Source: Octopus bimaculoides (Eukaryota). From it: a DNA stretch of 64,000 nucleotides. Below are positions 11,701-24,484 of this stretch, one piece after another (positions within the stretch are counted from its first letter, which is position 1; every line of letters begins with the position of its first letter). The notes beneath the pieces were generated by a model that did no database searches, had not been told where the DNA came from, and was given only the letters and a program-made list of their open reading frames with translations. Made by a program: the position numbers and the translations under genes. The stretch covers positions 5,879,535 to 5,943,534 of the forward strand of contig NC_068981.1 of NCBI RefSeq assembly GCF_001194135.2. The letters are read 5' to 3'.

Positions 11701-14700
11701 CCTATTAATATAGATTTAAAATTTTTGAAAAATGTCGAAATTTGACGCAAAATGTTTCATGGCTATAAGCAGACATCTTATTAATGGTGGTAATTTATTA
11801 CCGGGTACCTCAGCTAGTTAATTAATATTTCTTGGTTTATTACACTAAGAATATTGGAACCAACCTCAATATTTGGTTTTCATGACAGCGCCAAATCCTT
11901 CGGTATTTTCACACTAGTCCTAATAGAATATTTTCTTTTTTATTTGTTCATGTTATTCCTCTAGACCAATGGTTCTCAACCATTTGCTTTATCTAAGGAC
12001 CCCTTTGATTACAATTTTATTTTAGTGCCCCTGCTAGCCATTTGATGTTTAAAAACCAGTTTTATCGATATTTCTTTCAAAATTCCTCTTTTGCTTTCCA
12101 CACATTTCCTTTGCATTGGTTCTGTAATGTAAAACGTTAGAGAAAGAAACCTATTTTGTTTTCTTGCAACAAATACATCTAAATCAAAATGTTTTATCGA
12201 CCCTTAAAATATTAATTGCAGATTCCTAATTTACCATTTTGATTGCACAGATCCCACATAATGTAATATGGACCCCAGTTGAGAACCACCATTTTAGACC
12301 CTTCTGCAGACATTACTACCATTTCTAAAACCCGTTTCTTTTCCAGGTGAATGTCTCCCAGCTGCAGCTGGTCAGTGGCAAGATGATAAAAGCTTCCAAA
12401 TATGGTAAAGTTGATGATTCAGCAGAGAAATTAGAACTGACTCCAGAAGAAGTTTCTATGGAGTCAAACCTCAAGGTAAAGTAACAAACACCCCACCACT
12501 ACCTCTGTCCCCCACCCACCTCTCTCAAGATTAAGAGATTCAGTAAATATTTTTGAAGACTTCTCCATATGATCCAACAAAAGATCAACTTGAGGTTTGG
12601 TCACCATATTTCTAGCAGTAAAGAAGAATATTATAGATGCAGGCAAAAATGTTCCTACAGCAAAATTTCCTCTGACCATTTTAGACTGTATCTAAAACAA
12701 AATTATCCAGAAGATTAGAAAAGACTCACCAAAACAATCCAACTTCTGGCCCACAGATGGCACCACTGTCTCTTCTCTCTTTTTCTAACTCTTTTATTGT
12801 TGCTACAATGACCTCATCTAAGACTCACTCACCAATCTGCAACCACTGCTTGACCACTAAACGGTGCCATCTCCTCTTCTATCCATTCTGCTTACTATAA
12901 TGACCACCACAATGATTCAGTGACTACTACAATAAACCTCTGGCATACAGATTCTCTCATCTCCTCTCTCTCTCTCTCTCTCTCTCATTTATCACCACCA
13001 CCACCACCACTACTACTGCTGTTGTTATTGCTGCTGCTACTACTACTACTNNNNNNNNNNNNNNNNNNNNNNNNNNNNNNNNNNNNNNNNNNNNNNNNNN
13101 NNNNNNNNNNNNNNNNNNNNNNNNNNNNNNNNNNNNNNNNNNNNNNNNNNNNNNNNNNNNNNNNNNNNNNNNNNNNNNNNNNNNNNNNNNNNNNNNNNNN
13201 NNNNNNNNNNNNNNNNNNNNNNNNNNNNNNNNNNNNNNNNNNNNNNNNNNNNNNNNNNNNNNNNNNNNNNNNNNNNNNNNNNNNNNNNNNNNNNNNNNNN
13301 NNNNNNNNNNNNNNNNNNNNNNNNNNNNNNNNNNNNNNNNNNNNNNNNNNNNNNNNNNNNNNNNNNNNNNNNNNNNNNNNNNNNNNNNNNNNNNNNNNNN
13401 NNNNNNNNNNNNNNNNNNNNNNNNNNNNNNNNNNNNNNNNNNNNNNNNNNNNNNNNNNNNNNNNNNNNNNNNNNNNNNNNNNNNNNNNNNNNNNNNNNNN
13501 NNNNNNNNNNNNNNNNNNNNNNNNNNNNNNNNNNNNNNNNNNNNNNNNNNNNNNNNCACCACTACCTCTGTCCCCCACCCACCTCTCTCAAGATTAAGAG
13601 ATTCAGTAAATATTTTTGAAGACTTCTCCATATGATCCAACAAAAGATCAACTTGAGGTTTGGTCACCATATTTCTAGCAGTAAAGAAGAATATTATAGA
13701 TGCAGGCAAAAATGTTCCTACAGCAAAATTTCCTCTGACCATTTTAGACTGTATCTAAAACAAAATTATCCAGAAGATTAGAAAAGACTCACCAAAACAA
13801 TCCAACTTCTGGCCCACAGATGGCACCACTGTCTCTTCTCTCTTTTTCTAACTCTTTTATTGTTGCTACAATGACCTCATCTAAGACTCACTCACCAATC
13901 TGCAACCACTGCTTGACCACTAAACGGTGCCATCTCCTCTTCTATCCATTCTGCTTACTATAATGACCACCACAATGATTCAGTGACTACTACAATAAAC
14001 CTCTGGCATACAGATTCTCTCATCTCCTCTCTCTCTCTCTCTCTCTCTCATTTATCACCACCACCACCACCACTACTACTGCTGTTGTTATTGCTGCTGC
14101 TACTACTACTACTACCACCACCACTACTCCTACTGCCATCACCACTACCACCAAAACCACCACCACCACCCTTCTGAAGTAACTATCTGCCTACCACCCT
14201 CACCACAAGGCCACCCAGACAGATCCCTATTTTCTACCTCTCACCACTCCTATTATGTCCCCCCCCCGGTCTTATGCTAACCACCTTCCCCCTCNNNNNN
14301 NNNNNNNNNNNNNNNNNNNNNNNNNNNNNNNNNNNNNNNNNNNNNNNNNNNNNNNNNNNNNNNNNNNNNNNNNNNNNNNNNNNNTTCATTTTAAACATTT
14401 TTGATCTGAAAACACTTTTTTTTTTTTTTCTTTTCCAGGAAATTTGGAAATCTATATTGAATATAGAAATCGAAGACACAACAGACTTCTTCAAAGCTGG
14501 AGCCGGTTCCATGGATGTTGTGAGGTAAATAATCCTTGGAACATTCCTCATTTATCTCATTTCATTAATTATTTTTTTATATTTTACTTTGCTTCAGTCA
14601 TTAGACTATGGCCATGCTGGGGCACCACCTTGAAAAATTTTAGTCAAATGAATCGACCCCTCCCCCCACTACTTTCTTTTCTCTCATACCCGGTACCTAT

Positions 14701-17700
14701 TCTATCAGTCTCTTTTTGCCAAACCGCTAAGGGTGACAATAACAAACACACACACACATAATAAACTTCTTTCAGTTTCCATCTACCAAATCCATTCATA
14801 ATGCTTTGGTCAGCTTGAGGCTATGGTAGAAGACATTTGCCCAAGGTGCCACGCAGTGGGACTGAACCTAGAACCATGTGGTTGGGAAGGAAGCTTCTTA
14901 CCACATAACCTAATTTCTCTAATCAGTTAACCATTCATGATCAGATTTATACATCAACAAGGAGGCAGCCCTAGTAATGTTGTGGCCCTTGTGCTTTTCT
15001 GAGAGTGTTAGTAAAATAAAGAATATAGCTATGATGGAATGGAAGGTTTATGATACCTGTGGAATATCTCCTCCTCCCATTATGATTATTTTTGTAGCTT
15101 CAAGGATCTGGAACATAAAGAAGAAGTTCACAAGTAGAGTACAATTCAATAGCCGTTTATTTACAGAGTTCTCGTTCATGTGATTCGCTCTCAGAGACCA
15201 TCTTTATGGCAGTGTGTGGTTTGTCTTAACTCTGTACACATGAGGTTCGTTACCTCTGGAGATAAGCATGTGGAGTCAGAGCAGGAGAAGGGTCTGCTGT
15301 AACTGCTGGGTTCGCAGTGCTTCTCGGCGTAAGCGCGAGAAGAAATGAGAGAGAGAATATCTTATTCTCCTACTTAAATACTGGTTGCCGGCAAAATCCT
15401 CATTGTCATCTCGCACATGGCAAATGGCTACCGTTGAGATCTTGTTCTTGTCTTGGACACGGTAATGGTTATTGGCGAGATCTCATTCTTGTCACGGACA
15501 TGGTAATGGCTACCGGTGAGATCTCATTCAAAATGGTGCTGGGTTCTTGTGTCTCGCTACATAGCTTATAATACTTGAGGTACACTCAAAACATTCTGAC
15601 AGATTTCAACTGAATATTGTTGTTTCTTGTCATCGGACCACCTTCTCCCCTCAGACATTCATAAGACAAGCAATTCAATATCTTAAAGGGTCTTCAGTTA
15701 GTGCTTCCTTGCCAGACCAATGAATCTAATGGAACCAGACCATTTATATACGTAAGGGAATACATGACACTAGCTTCATTGTCAGTTATTCTAGTTTTAG
15801 CCTAGTTAATTTTTAATGAATTCTTCAAATTAATTCATTGTTTGAGTCTAAACCATTCATATATGCATGTACATACACATATACACGGATATCCGTTAGG
15901 TTACATGTCTATGCATATGCCTAAGTACCTACATGTATGTATATTCATATACATACTTTGATTCTTTTCCTCACAAAATACACACACAAACCTACATACA
16001 CTCCTTTATTCAGAAGATAAATAAAAGTGTTATTTCCTTATTTATTTGTTTTTGTTGAATGTATTTCTTTATTGTTGTTGTTGTTACTTTTTAGAATGGT
16101 TGAAGAAATCAAAGAAAAATGTGGTGGTGTTGCTTTAGAGAATGAACACATCTACATGAATACCACATTTGCAGAACTGTCCAATTACATTATATTACGT
16201 AGTCGTGGAATCACAGATGAAGAACCTTTTGAATTTGATGCTGTAAGTGATTTAGAGCCAACAGTATTTACCATTTTACATTGCAGTTATCATAATGTTC
16301 ACTACCATTGCTAAAATGGTTTCTTTGCATACTGGCATTACTTGAACTGATCCAAAACACTAAAGAATGTGTTCTTTGATGTTGTTGTCTGAGAGGGTTA
16401 TCGGAAATTTCACCTCAGACATTTTTGCTATAGGAAAATTTGCCAGAAGTAATTTCATTTTAAATGACCTCATCAGGTTTTTTTTAATGTTTGACATTAA
16501 ATAAAGACTTGGCTTATTTAATGCTTTTTATAAAACACTTTATTGTTCTTTTCTTTTTTATTTAAAACAACGCTGATATAACTTGCTTTATGCATAATGT
16601 GAAATTTCTGGAAGCAATCTGGCATTAAATGAGCAAGCCTTAATTCAATGTCAAACATTAACAAAATGAGGAAGAACCGAGTTCCTCAGATGGCACCTAA
16701 CTATCATGTTGTCTGTCCATACTGGAGCACATTAAGTAGTTGTCATAGAGTGTTGGATGGTAGACTTGATTCTCTTCACCGACTCCCTTACTGTTATCAT
16801 CATCATCATCATCGTTTCCCTTCGTTAGCAGATCACCATAATCTTTCCCCACCCATCTCCACTTTTATAATTAATTATGGTCCCGTGGGGCAGGGAATCG
16901 ACATTAATGATGGTACTGCAGGCAGAGGATTAGTGATGGTATTGCAGACAAGGGATTAATCACAGTACTGTCAGCAGGGGATTAGGGTACTGCAGATAGG
17001 GGATTAGTGATAATACTGCAGGCTGGGGATAAGCTCTGACCTGGGTTTCTCTGTGGAATTAAACTTAGAATATAAAGAACCGAAACAGATTCTATAGCAT
17101 GTCTCCTACGATATTCCAATAATTCTGCCAGTCCATCATCCAGGACTTGTGCAATATTTGTTGATTGAGGGCGGCGAGCTGGCAGAATCGGTAACACGCC
17201 GGGTGAAATGCTTTGCAGTATTTCGTCTGCCGTAACAGATGAAATACCATCCCTGACTTCTGAAAAACAATCAAGTTATCTAAATACAAACATCTTCATT
17301 CTTAAATATATTCCAGATAACTTCTATGAAATAGGTCACCTATTTTGTAAATCTCCACTTAATCTCTTTGTCTGTCCTTGTTTGTCCCCTTTCTGCTTAG
17401 TCCCCTGTGGGCAATAAAGAAATAAGTACTTTGTTGACTCCTGGTGTAGGGTTGTTGACTTTAGTGAGATTTGAACTCAGAGTATAGAGAGTGAAATCAA
17501 ATACCAAAAGGCATCTCACCGTTTTTCTAATAACTCAGCCAATTCACTCCTATTAACCTGTGAAGGTGTGGGACGGTGTGGCTGGGGTATATTCAGCCCA
17601 CAATTGTAAGGTCCTGACTTTGATTGCTGGTGGCATCTCGTCTTCTTGAGCAAGACTCTTTATTTCACATTGTTCCAGTCAGCCTTTATTTACAAGGATT

Positions 17701-18681
17701 TTACTTGGGCTGATATAAACTATACCCTGTGACCCTTTACCAGTGGAGTCTTGTACTTAGAACCCCTCCCCAACCAACACAAAAACCATTGTTGATCAAA
17801 TGAAGGTCACCAGGATTGTGATAAATGGTTTAAAGTTTCAAAGGGTTATTTACAGTAATTTGTTTAATGACTAATATTTCTTCATAAAGACCCTTCATGA
17901 GTTTTATTTCCATTGCATCCTTACCCCAGGAACTGATAGAATTAAGCATCCGTATCATCATCATCATTTAATGTTCGTTTACCTTGCTGTAAAGTGGTTG
18001 GCATTAGGAAGGGCATCCAGCTGTAGAAACAATGCCAAAGAAGATAATTGGAGCCTGGAGCAGCTCTCCAGCCTTGCCAGCCCCTATCAAGCCATCCAAC
18101 CCATGCCAGCAGGGAAAATGGACATTAGATCATGATGATAATTGCACACACATACCTTCCAATTGTATTATTGCTGCCCTGTCACACCCCAACCCCATAT
18201 ATTCATATTTCATCACCCACTGCATTCTCCCCCCTTTGCATTTTCATGAACTCCCAGCTCATGCACCCTAAACAATCCTCTACCATTCCAGTCATGTTCA
18301 CCTCCTTGTACCTTGAGAATACGCTCTGACAAATCACCCCCTCCCCTCCCCCCCTCTCTCTGCAGTATGTCCCTTCTATAGCAGAGATGTCTGTTTCTCT
18401 CTCTCTCTTTCCTATTCTAATCCCTTATTACCTGGCACAAAGCTATCTTCCTCAATACTAATCCCTCTCTTGCCTTGCAAGTGACTTGGTGACCTCACTG
18501 GTGCTGGTGCCACATAAAAAGTACCCAGTCCACACTCTGTAAAGTGGTTGGTGTTAGGAAGGGCATTCAGCCAAAGAAAAAAACCATAGCAAAGCAGACA
18601 ATGGAGCTTGTTGCAGCCTTCCAGCCTAGCCAGCTCCTGTCAAACTGTCCAACCCATGCCAGCAGGGAAAACGGACGTTAA

Positions 18682-18712
<31 letters not shown>

Positions 18713-19184
18713 GTCAACATTTGTTTGTTCTTTTAAGAAATTGATTTTGTTTTGTTTTGAAGGAATTATTTAATGGTAAAAATGTTTTTATTCGTCTCCA
18801 GGTGAAGCTGCATGTTAACAATATGGACATCACCTTTCCTCATCAATGTTTCATCGACAATGAATTTGTCGATTCTTCCGATCGTGTCACTTACAATACT
18901 ATCAACCCAGCAGACGAATCAGTGAGTTTTGTTTTCATGTCTGAGCTTCGTCTTTGTTTTATAGTTTTATTTACTTCTTAACGAATGAGTATATGCATAG
19001 GAGTGGCTGTGTGGTAAGAAGCTTGCTTACCAACCACATGGTTCTGGGTTCAGTCCCATTGCGTGGCACCTTGGGCAAGTGTCTTCTACTATAGCCTTGG
19101 GCCGACCAAAACCTTGTGAGTGAATTTGGTAGACGGAAACTGAAAGAAGCCCATCGTATATGTATATATATATATGTGTGTGTA

Positions 19185-19220
<36 letters not shown>

Positions 19221-22217
19221 AGTCGCTTGACAACTGATGCTGGTGTGTTTACGTCCCCGTAATTTAGCGGTTCGGCAAAAGAGACCGATAGAATAAGTAC
19301 TAGGCTTCCAAAGAATAAGTCCTGGGCTTCCAAAGAATAAGTCCTGGGGTCAATTTGCTTGACTAAAGGCAGTGCTCCAGCATGGCCGCAGTCAAAATGA
19401 CTGAAACAAGTAAAAGAGTTTCAGCCATTAGACCATGACCATGCTGGGGCACCACTTTGAAGGATTTTAGTCAACCAAATTAACCCCTTTATTAATTTTT
19501 TGTTTAAATCCTGGTACTTATTCTATCAACTGCTAACTTACAGGGACATAAACATACCAACACCGGTTACCAAGTGGTTTTACGCAGGAGACCAAAAGAA
19601 TAAGAACCTTAAGAAAGGAAATTGAGGACTGGGTTTGATTCATTCAACTAAAATCCTTTAAGGTGGTGCCCCAGCATGGCCACAGACTGAAACGAGTAAA
19701 GGAAAGAAAGAAAAGATATAGTTGGGCTGGTATTTATCAGTTTGCAAACTAATGGCCTTGATGTATCAGTGTGTAGGACCCTACTTGGTTGATGTCTATT
19801 GTATTTCAGATCGTTAGGGCTGTCTTTATTAATTAAGAGAAATGTATTCCTTGTTTGTTGTAGGCGATCTGCAAAGTGTCGAAGGCTACGAAAGAGGATG
19901 TGAACAGAGCAGTGGAGGCGGCCAAGGTGAGTTTAAGGGGGTGGGGGTTTGAGAGAAATCATTGCCACCACCACCACCACCATCATCATCATCACTACCA
20001 CCACGACTGCCATCATGATTATCATCATCGCCACCATCTTCATCATTACCACCACCACCACATCATCATCATCATACTTTCTCTCTCTCTCTCTCTCTCT
20101 AAAGAATATGCACTCTCATGCACACACACACACACATGCACAGACACACATGCACGCACACACACATGCACACACACACACACACATGCACACACACACA
20201 CATATCATCAGAAAAAGGTAATTAAAATTCATTCAAATGACAGATTTATCGGACTTTCAAAGAGGTGAAATTGTTGGTGCTCGTATGGCAGGCGCTAGCA
20301 TAATGAAAACAACCAAAATGTTTGGTGTATCAAGAAGTACTGTCTCGAAAGTAATGACAGCCTTTGAAAAAGAGGGGAAAACTTCCTCATCGAAACAAAA
20401 CTTTGGAAAAAAACCAAAACTTTCAGATAGGGGCTGTTGGACTATTATGCGAATTGTTAGAAAGGAACATAGAAGTACAGCTCCCAAAATTAGTGCAGAG
20501 CTTAATGACCACTTTGAGAACCCAGTTTCCACAAAAACTGTTCGCCAGGAACTGCACAAAGCTGGATTTCATGGGAGGGCTGCAATCAGAAAACCACTTA
20601 TTTCAAAAACAAACATTGCAAATTGTTTAGAGTGGAGTAAAAATCTACAGAATTGGTCCCTAGAGCAGTGGAAGAATGTTATTTTCTCGGACGTGTCATC
20701 CTTTACCTTATTTCCGACCATACGTGTAGAGACAGCCAAAAAAAGCATTTGACCCAGACTGCCTTCTTCCAACTGTTAAACATGGAGGAGGATCTGTGAT
20801 GATCTGGGGGGCTATATTTTGGAAATCTACTGGCCATGTAATCCTTTCATGGCAGAATTAATAGTGAAGACTATTTGAGCATTTTATCTGATCAAATTCA
20901 TCCTATGGTTGCGGAACTGTTTCTGGAGGAAAACGCAATCTTTGATAATGCACCAATTCACACAGCTAAAGTTGTTACTGAATGGCACGAGGAACATTCT
21001 AGTGAATTTGAACATGTTTTCTGGCCACCACAGTCCCCAGATCTCAATGTTATTGAACCTTTATGGTGCATTTTAGAAAAACAAGTAAGGAATCGATATC
21101 CTCCACCATCATCACTACAAGAACTGGAGACTGTTTTAGCTGAAGAATGGACAAAAATTCCTTTGGAAACAATTGAAACTTTGTACGAGTCTATATCTTG
21201 TAGAATTCAAGGTGTAATTACTGCCAAAGGTGGTCCTACCCCATATCAAAATAAATTTGTTTGAAATTTTAAGGTGTTTCCATTATTTTGTCCAACTCCT
21301 GTATATGCATGTATCATGGACTCTCCTGTTGTTAGACAACAAATGAGCGTTGGGCAAATTTTACCGAAATTTTTGATCACTATAAACGCAGATGATTTGT
21401 TTATAGTGATCAAATGTTTGTGTAGACATAAGCTCACTCCCTCCATCAAATAGACATTACCTGAACAGGTGCACCATGTGCCACATGTCAGATGACGAAA
21501 GGATTACAGAGCAATGTGGGATGAAGTGCTTTGCTCAAGAACAAAACGTCTGATCTGGGAATTGAACCCACAATCTCACAATCGGGAATGCAACATCCTA
21601 ACCACTAAGCCATATGCCTTCACTATACAGAGAGAGAGAGAGGGAGGAGGAAGAGAGAGTAAATAGGAAGAAAAAATTAAGAGAGAGACATAAGAGCAAG
21701 AGACATGAAAGAGAGAGAGAGACAGAGGGTTTTGCTGCAGTATGGCCATCAGCTATGAGAAAACAGAATCTATTTGAGTTAGATGGATCTGTGCTTGATA
21801 CCTCATCGTTTGCTTACAGGTGTGGCTGTTTGGCAAGAAGTTTACTTCCCAACCACATGGTTTCAGGTTCAGTCCCACTGCGTGGCACCTTGGGCAAGTG
21901 TCTTCTACTATAGCCTCGGGCTGACCAAAGCCTTGTGAGTGGATTTGATAGACGGAAACTGAAAGAATCACGTTGTGTATATGTATATATTTATGTGTGT
22001 GTGTGTATATATATTAGTGTATCTGTGTTTGTCCCCCCACCTTTGCTTGACAGCCGATGTTGGTGTGTTTATGTCCCCGTAACTTAGCGGTTTGGCAAAA
22101 GGGACCAGTAGAATAAGTACTAGGTTTACAAAAAATAAGTCCTGGGGTCGATTTGTTCGACTGAAGGCAGTGCTCCAGCATGGTGGCCACAGTCAAATGA
22201 GTGAAACAAGTAAAAGA

Positions 22218-22268
<51 letters not shown>

Positions 22269-23628
22269 CAGATGATGGCTTCTCTGGCTGAAACTTTGTC
22301 AATAAAATTCTTGTTTAAGAATGATAAATATGTGTGTGTGTGTCTGTCTGTGTTTGTCCCCCACCACTGTTTGTGTATATGTCCCTGTAACTTAGCAGTC
22401 CAGCAAAAGAGACCAATAGAATAAATACCAGGCTTATAAAAGAAAAAAAACTACCAGGTTCTATGCATTTGACAAGATTTCTTCAAGGTGGTGCCCCAGT
22501 ATGGCCGACAGCCTAAATGAGTGAAACAAGATAAAAAGATACGTTCAGTGCCTTAGGACTGGTGGATGAAGACTCGCCTTGGGCTAAACAACAGCAGCAG
22601 CAGCAGCAACCAATGTGAATCAGTTACTTGAAGGTTTCTAAAATGTCAGCCTGAGGTGGAGATTTACAAAGTAGGTGACCTATTTCATGGAAGTTATCTG
22701 GGAATATGTTTAAGAGTGAAGATGTTTGTATTTAGATAACTTGATTGTTTTTCAGAAGTCAGGGATGGGGAGCGCTGTTGCAGGTCAGTGATGGAGAGGG
22801 GGGGAGTCAGTGATGGTGGGTAGGTGGGGGGGGCTGTTACAGGTCAAACATCCAGGCTTTGTTAGGTTGAAATTAAACTAAATATTTGCAAGGTCACTGA
22901 AAGTTGAAAGTCTGATTTGAGCATGCTCTCTCTCTCTCTCTCTCTCTCTTTATTTTTTCTTTGTCTCTGTTTATTCTCTCCCCCCCCTCCTCTCAAAACA
23001 CCCTTTGAAACCAGTGCTGTACACTGAGAAATAAACTAACCTTTTCTGTCGGATTACAACCAGAAGGGTTCCAGTTGATCCGATCAACAGAACAGCCAGC
23101 TCTTGAAATTAACATGCAAGTGGCTGAGTACACCACAGACATGCATACTCTTGATATAGTTCTCAGGGAGATTCAGTGTGACACAGAATGGGACAAGGCT
23201 GGCCCCTTTTGAACTACAGGTACAACTCGTTTTTGCCAGCTGAGTGGACTGCACCGACGTGAAATAAAGTATCTTGCTCAAGGACACAATGTGTTGCTGG
23301 GAATCGAACTCACAGCCTTACAATCCTGAGCCAAACACCCTAACCACCAAGCTACATGCCTTCATACTAAGAGATAGATTATTCATTGGGTGACACACTG
23401 TTCAACCGCTCTAAAAAAAATAAGTATAAAAAACAGAAAGAATAATCCAGAATCCTTGGCTTGTACTGGATCGATCCCAAAATCTAATCAGTTTGTGTCA
23501 GTCACGAGGCCAAACATCCCTGAAAGTTTCATCCGGATCCATCCAGCAGTTCTTGAGATATCTTTTCCATGGACAAACAAACAAACAAACACAACTGAAA
23601 ACAAGACCGCCGCCTTTGCTAAGGCAGA

Positions 23629-23673
<45 letters not shown>

Positions 23674-24422
23674 CAGCTTTAATGTTGATAATGAAGATAA
23701 TTAACAAAAGCAATTAGAGTCTTCAGTTCATAATATCTTTTAGTTTAAAACATTTTTTATTTTATTATTCTTTTTTTTTCTTTTTAGGAAGCTTTTGAGA
23801 ATGGAGAATGGGGAAGAATGAACGCTCGTGACAGAGGTGGCTTAATGTACAGGTGAGCAATAATCAGAGGCCTTTCATTAAATTCTTTGACTCACATTTT
23901 TCGGCTCATTCAGCAGATTGCAAGAATTTAATATCGAGTATTTTGGTTCATGTCTATGCTTAGTAATATTCTTTATGAATGAAAGTGCTCCAGTATGGCC
24001 ATGACCAAACTAGCTGCAACCGGTGAAAGAAAGTTTATTATAAGGTGCAGGAGTGACTGTGTGGTAATGGTCTACCCTGGTGGTCGGATGCCTATCCTTC
24101 AGGAAAGCCATTACAAATTGCATCTGTAATGAGCAATACTTCAATTGAACATTGTAAATAATTTTTATTGTGTATTTAAATTTGTAAATATTTAATCGAT
24201 ACAGCCTCTTCACCCCTTTTATGTTTGTCTGTCCTTGTTCATCCCCTCTTTGTAATGCCTTTATAGCAAATATTTATGAAATAAACAAGCTTGCTTCCCA
24301 ACCACATGGTTCTGGGTTCAGTCCCACTGCATGGCACCTTGGGCAAGTGTCTTCTTCAATAGCCTTTGGCCGGCCATGCCTTGTGAGTGGATTTGGTAGA
24401 TGGAAACTGAAAGAAGCCCATC

Positions 24423-24484
<62 letters not shown>

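Noticed and set aside
10282-14551. Long ORF-track entries (300, 336, 261, 225 aa and others)
   Set aside because: They are made of X from N gaps plus microsatellite translations, not genes.
16903-17028. Regularly spaced repeats as a CRISPR array
   Set aside because: Eukaryotic intron, tandem units without unique spacers, and no cas genes.
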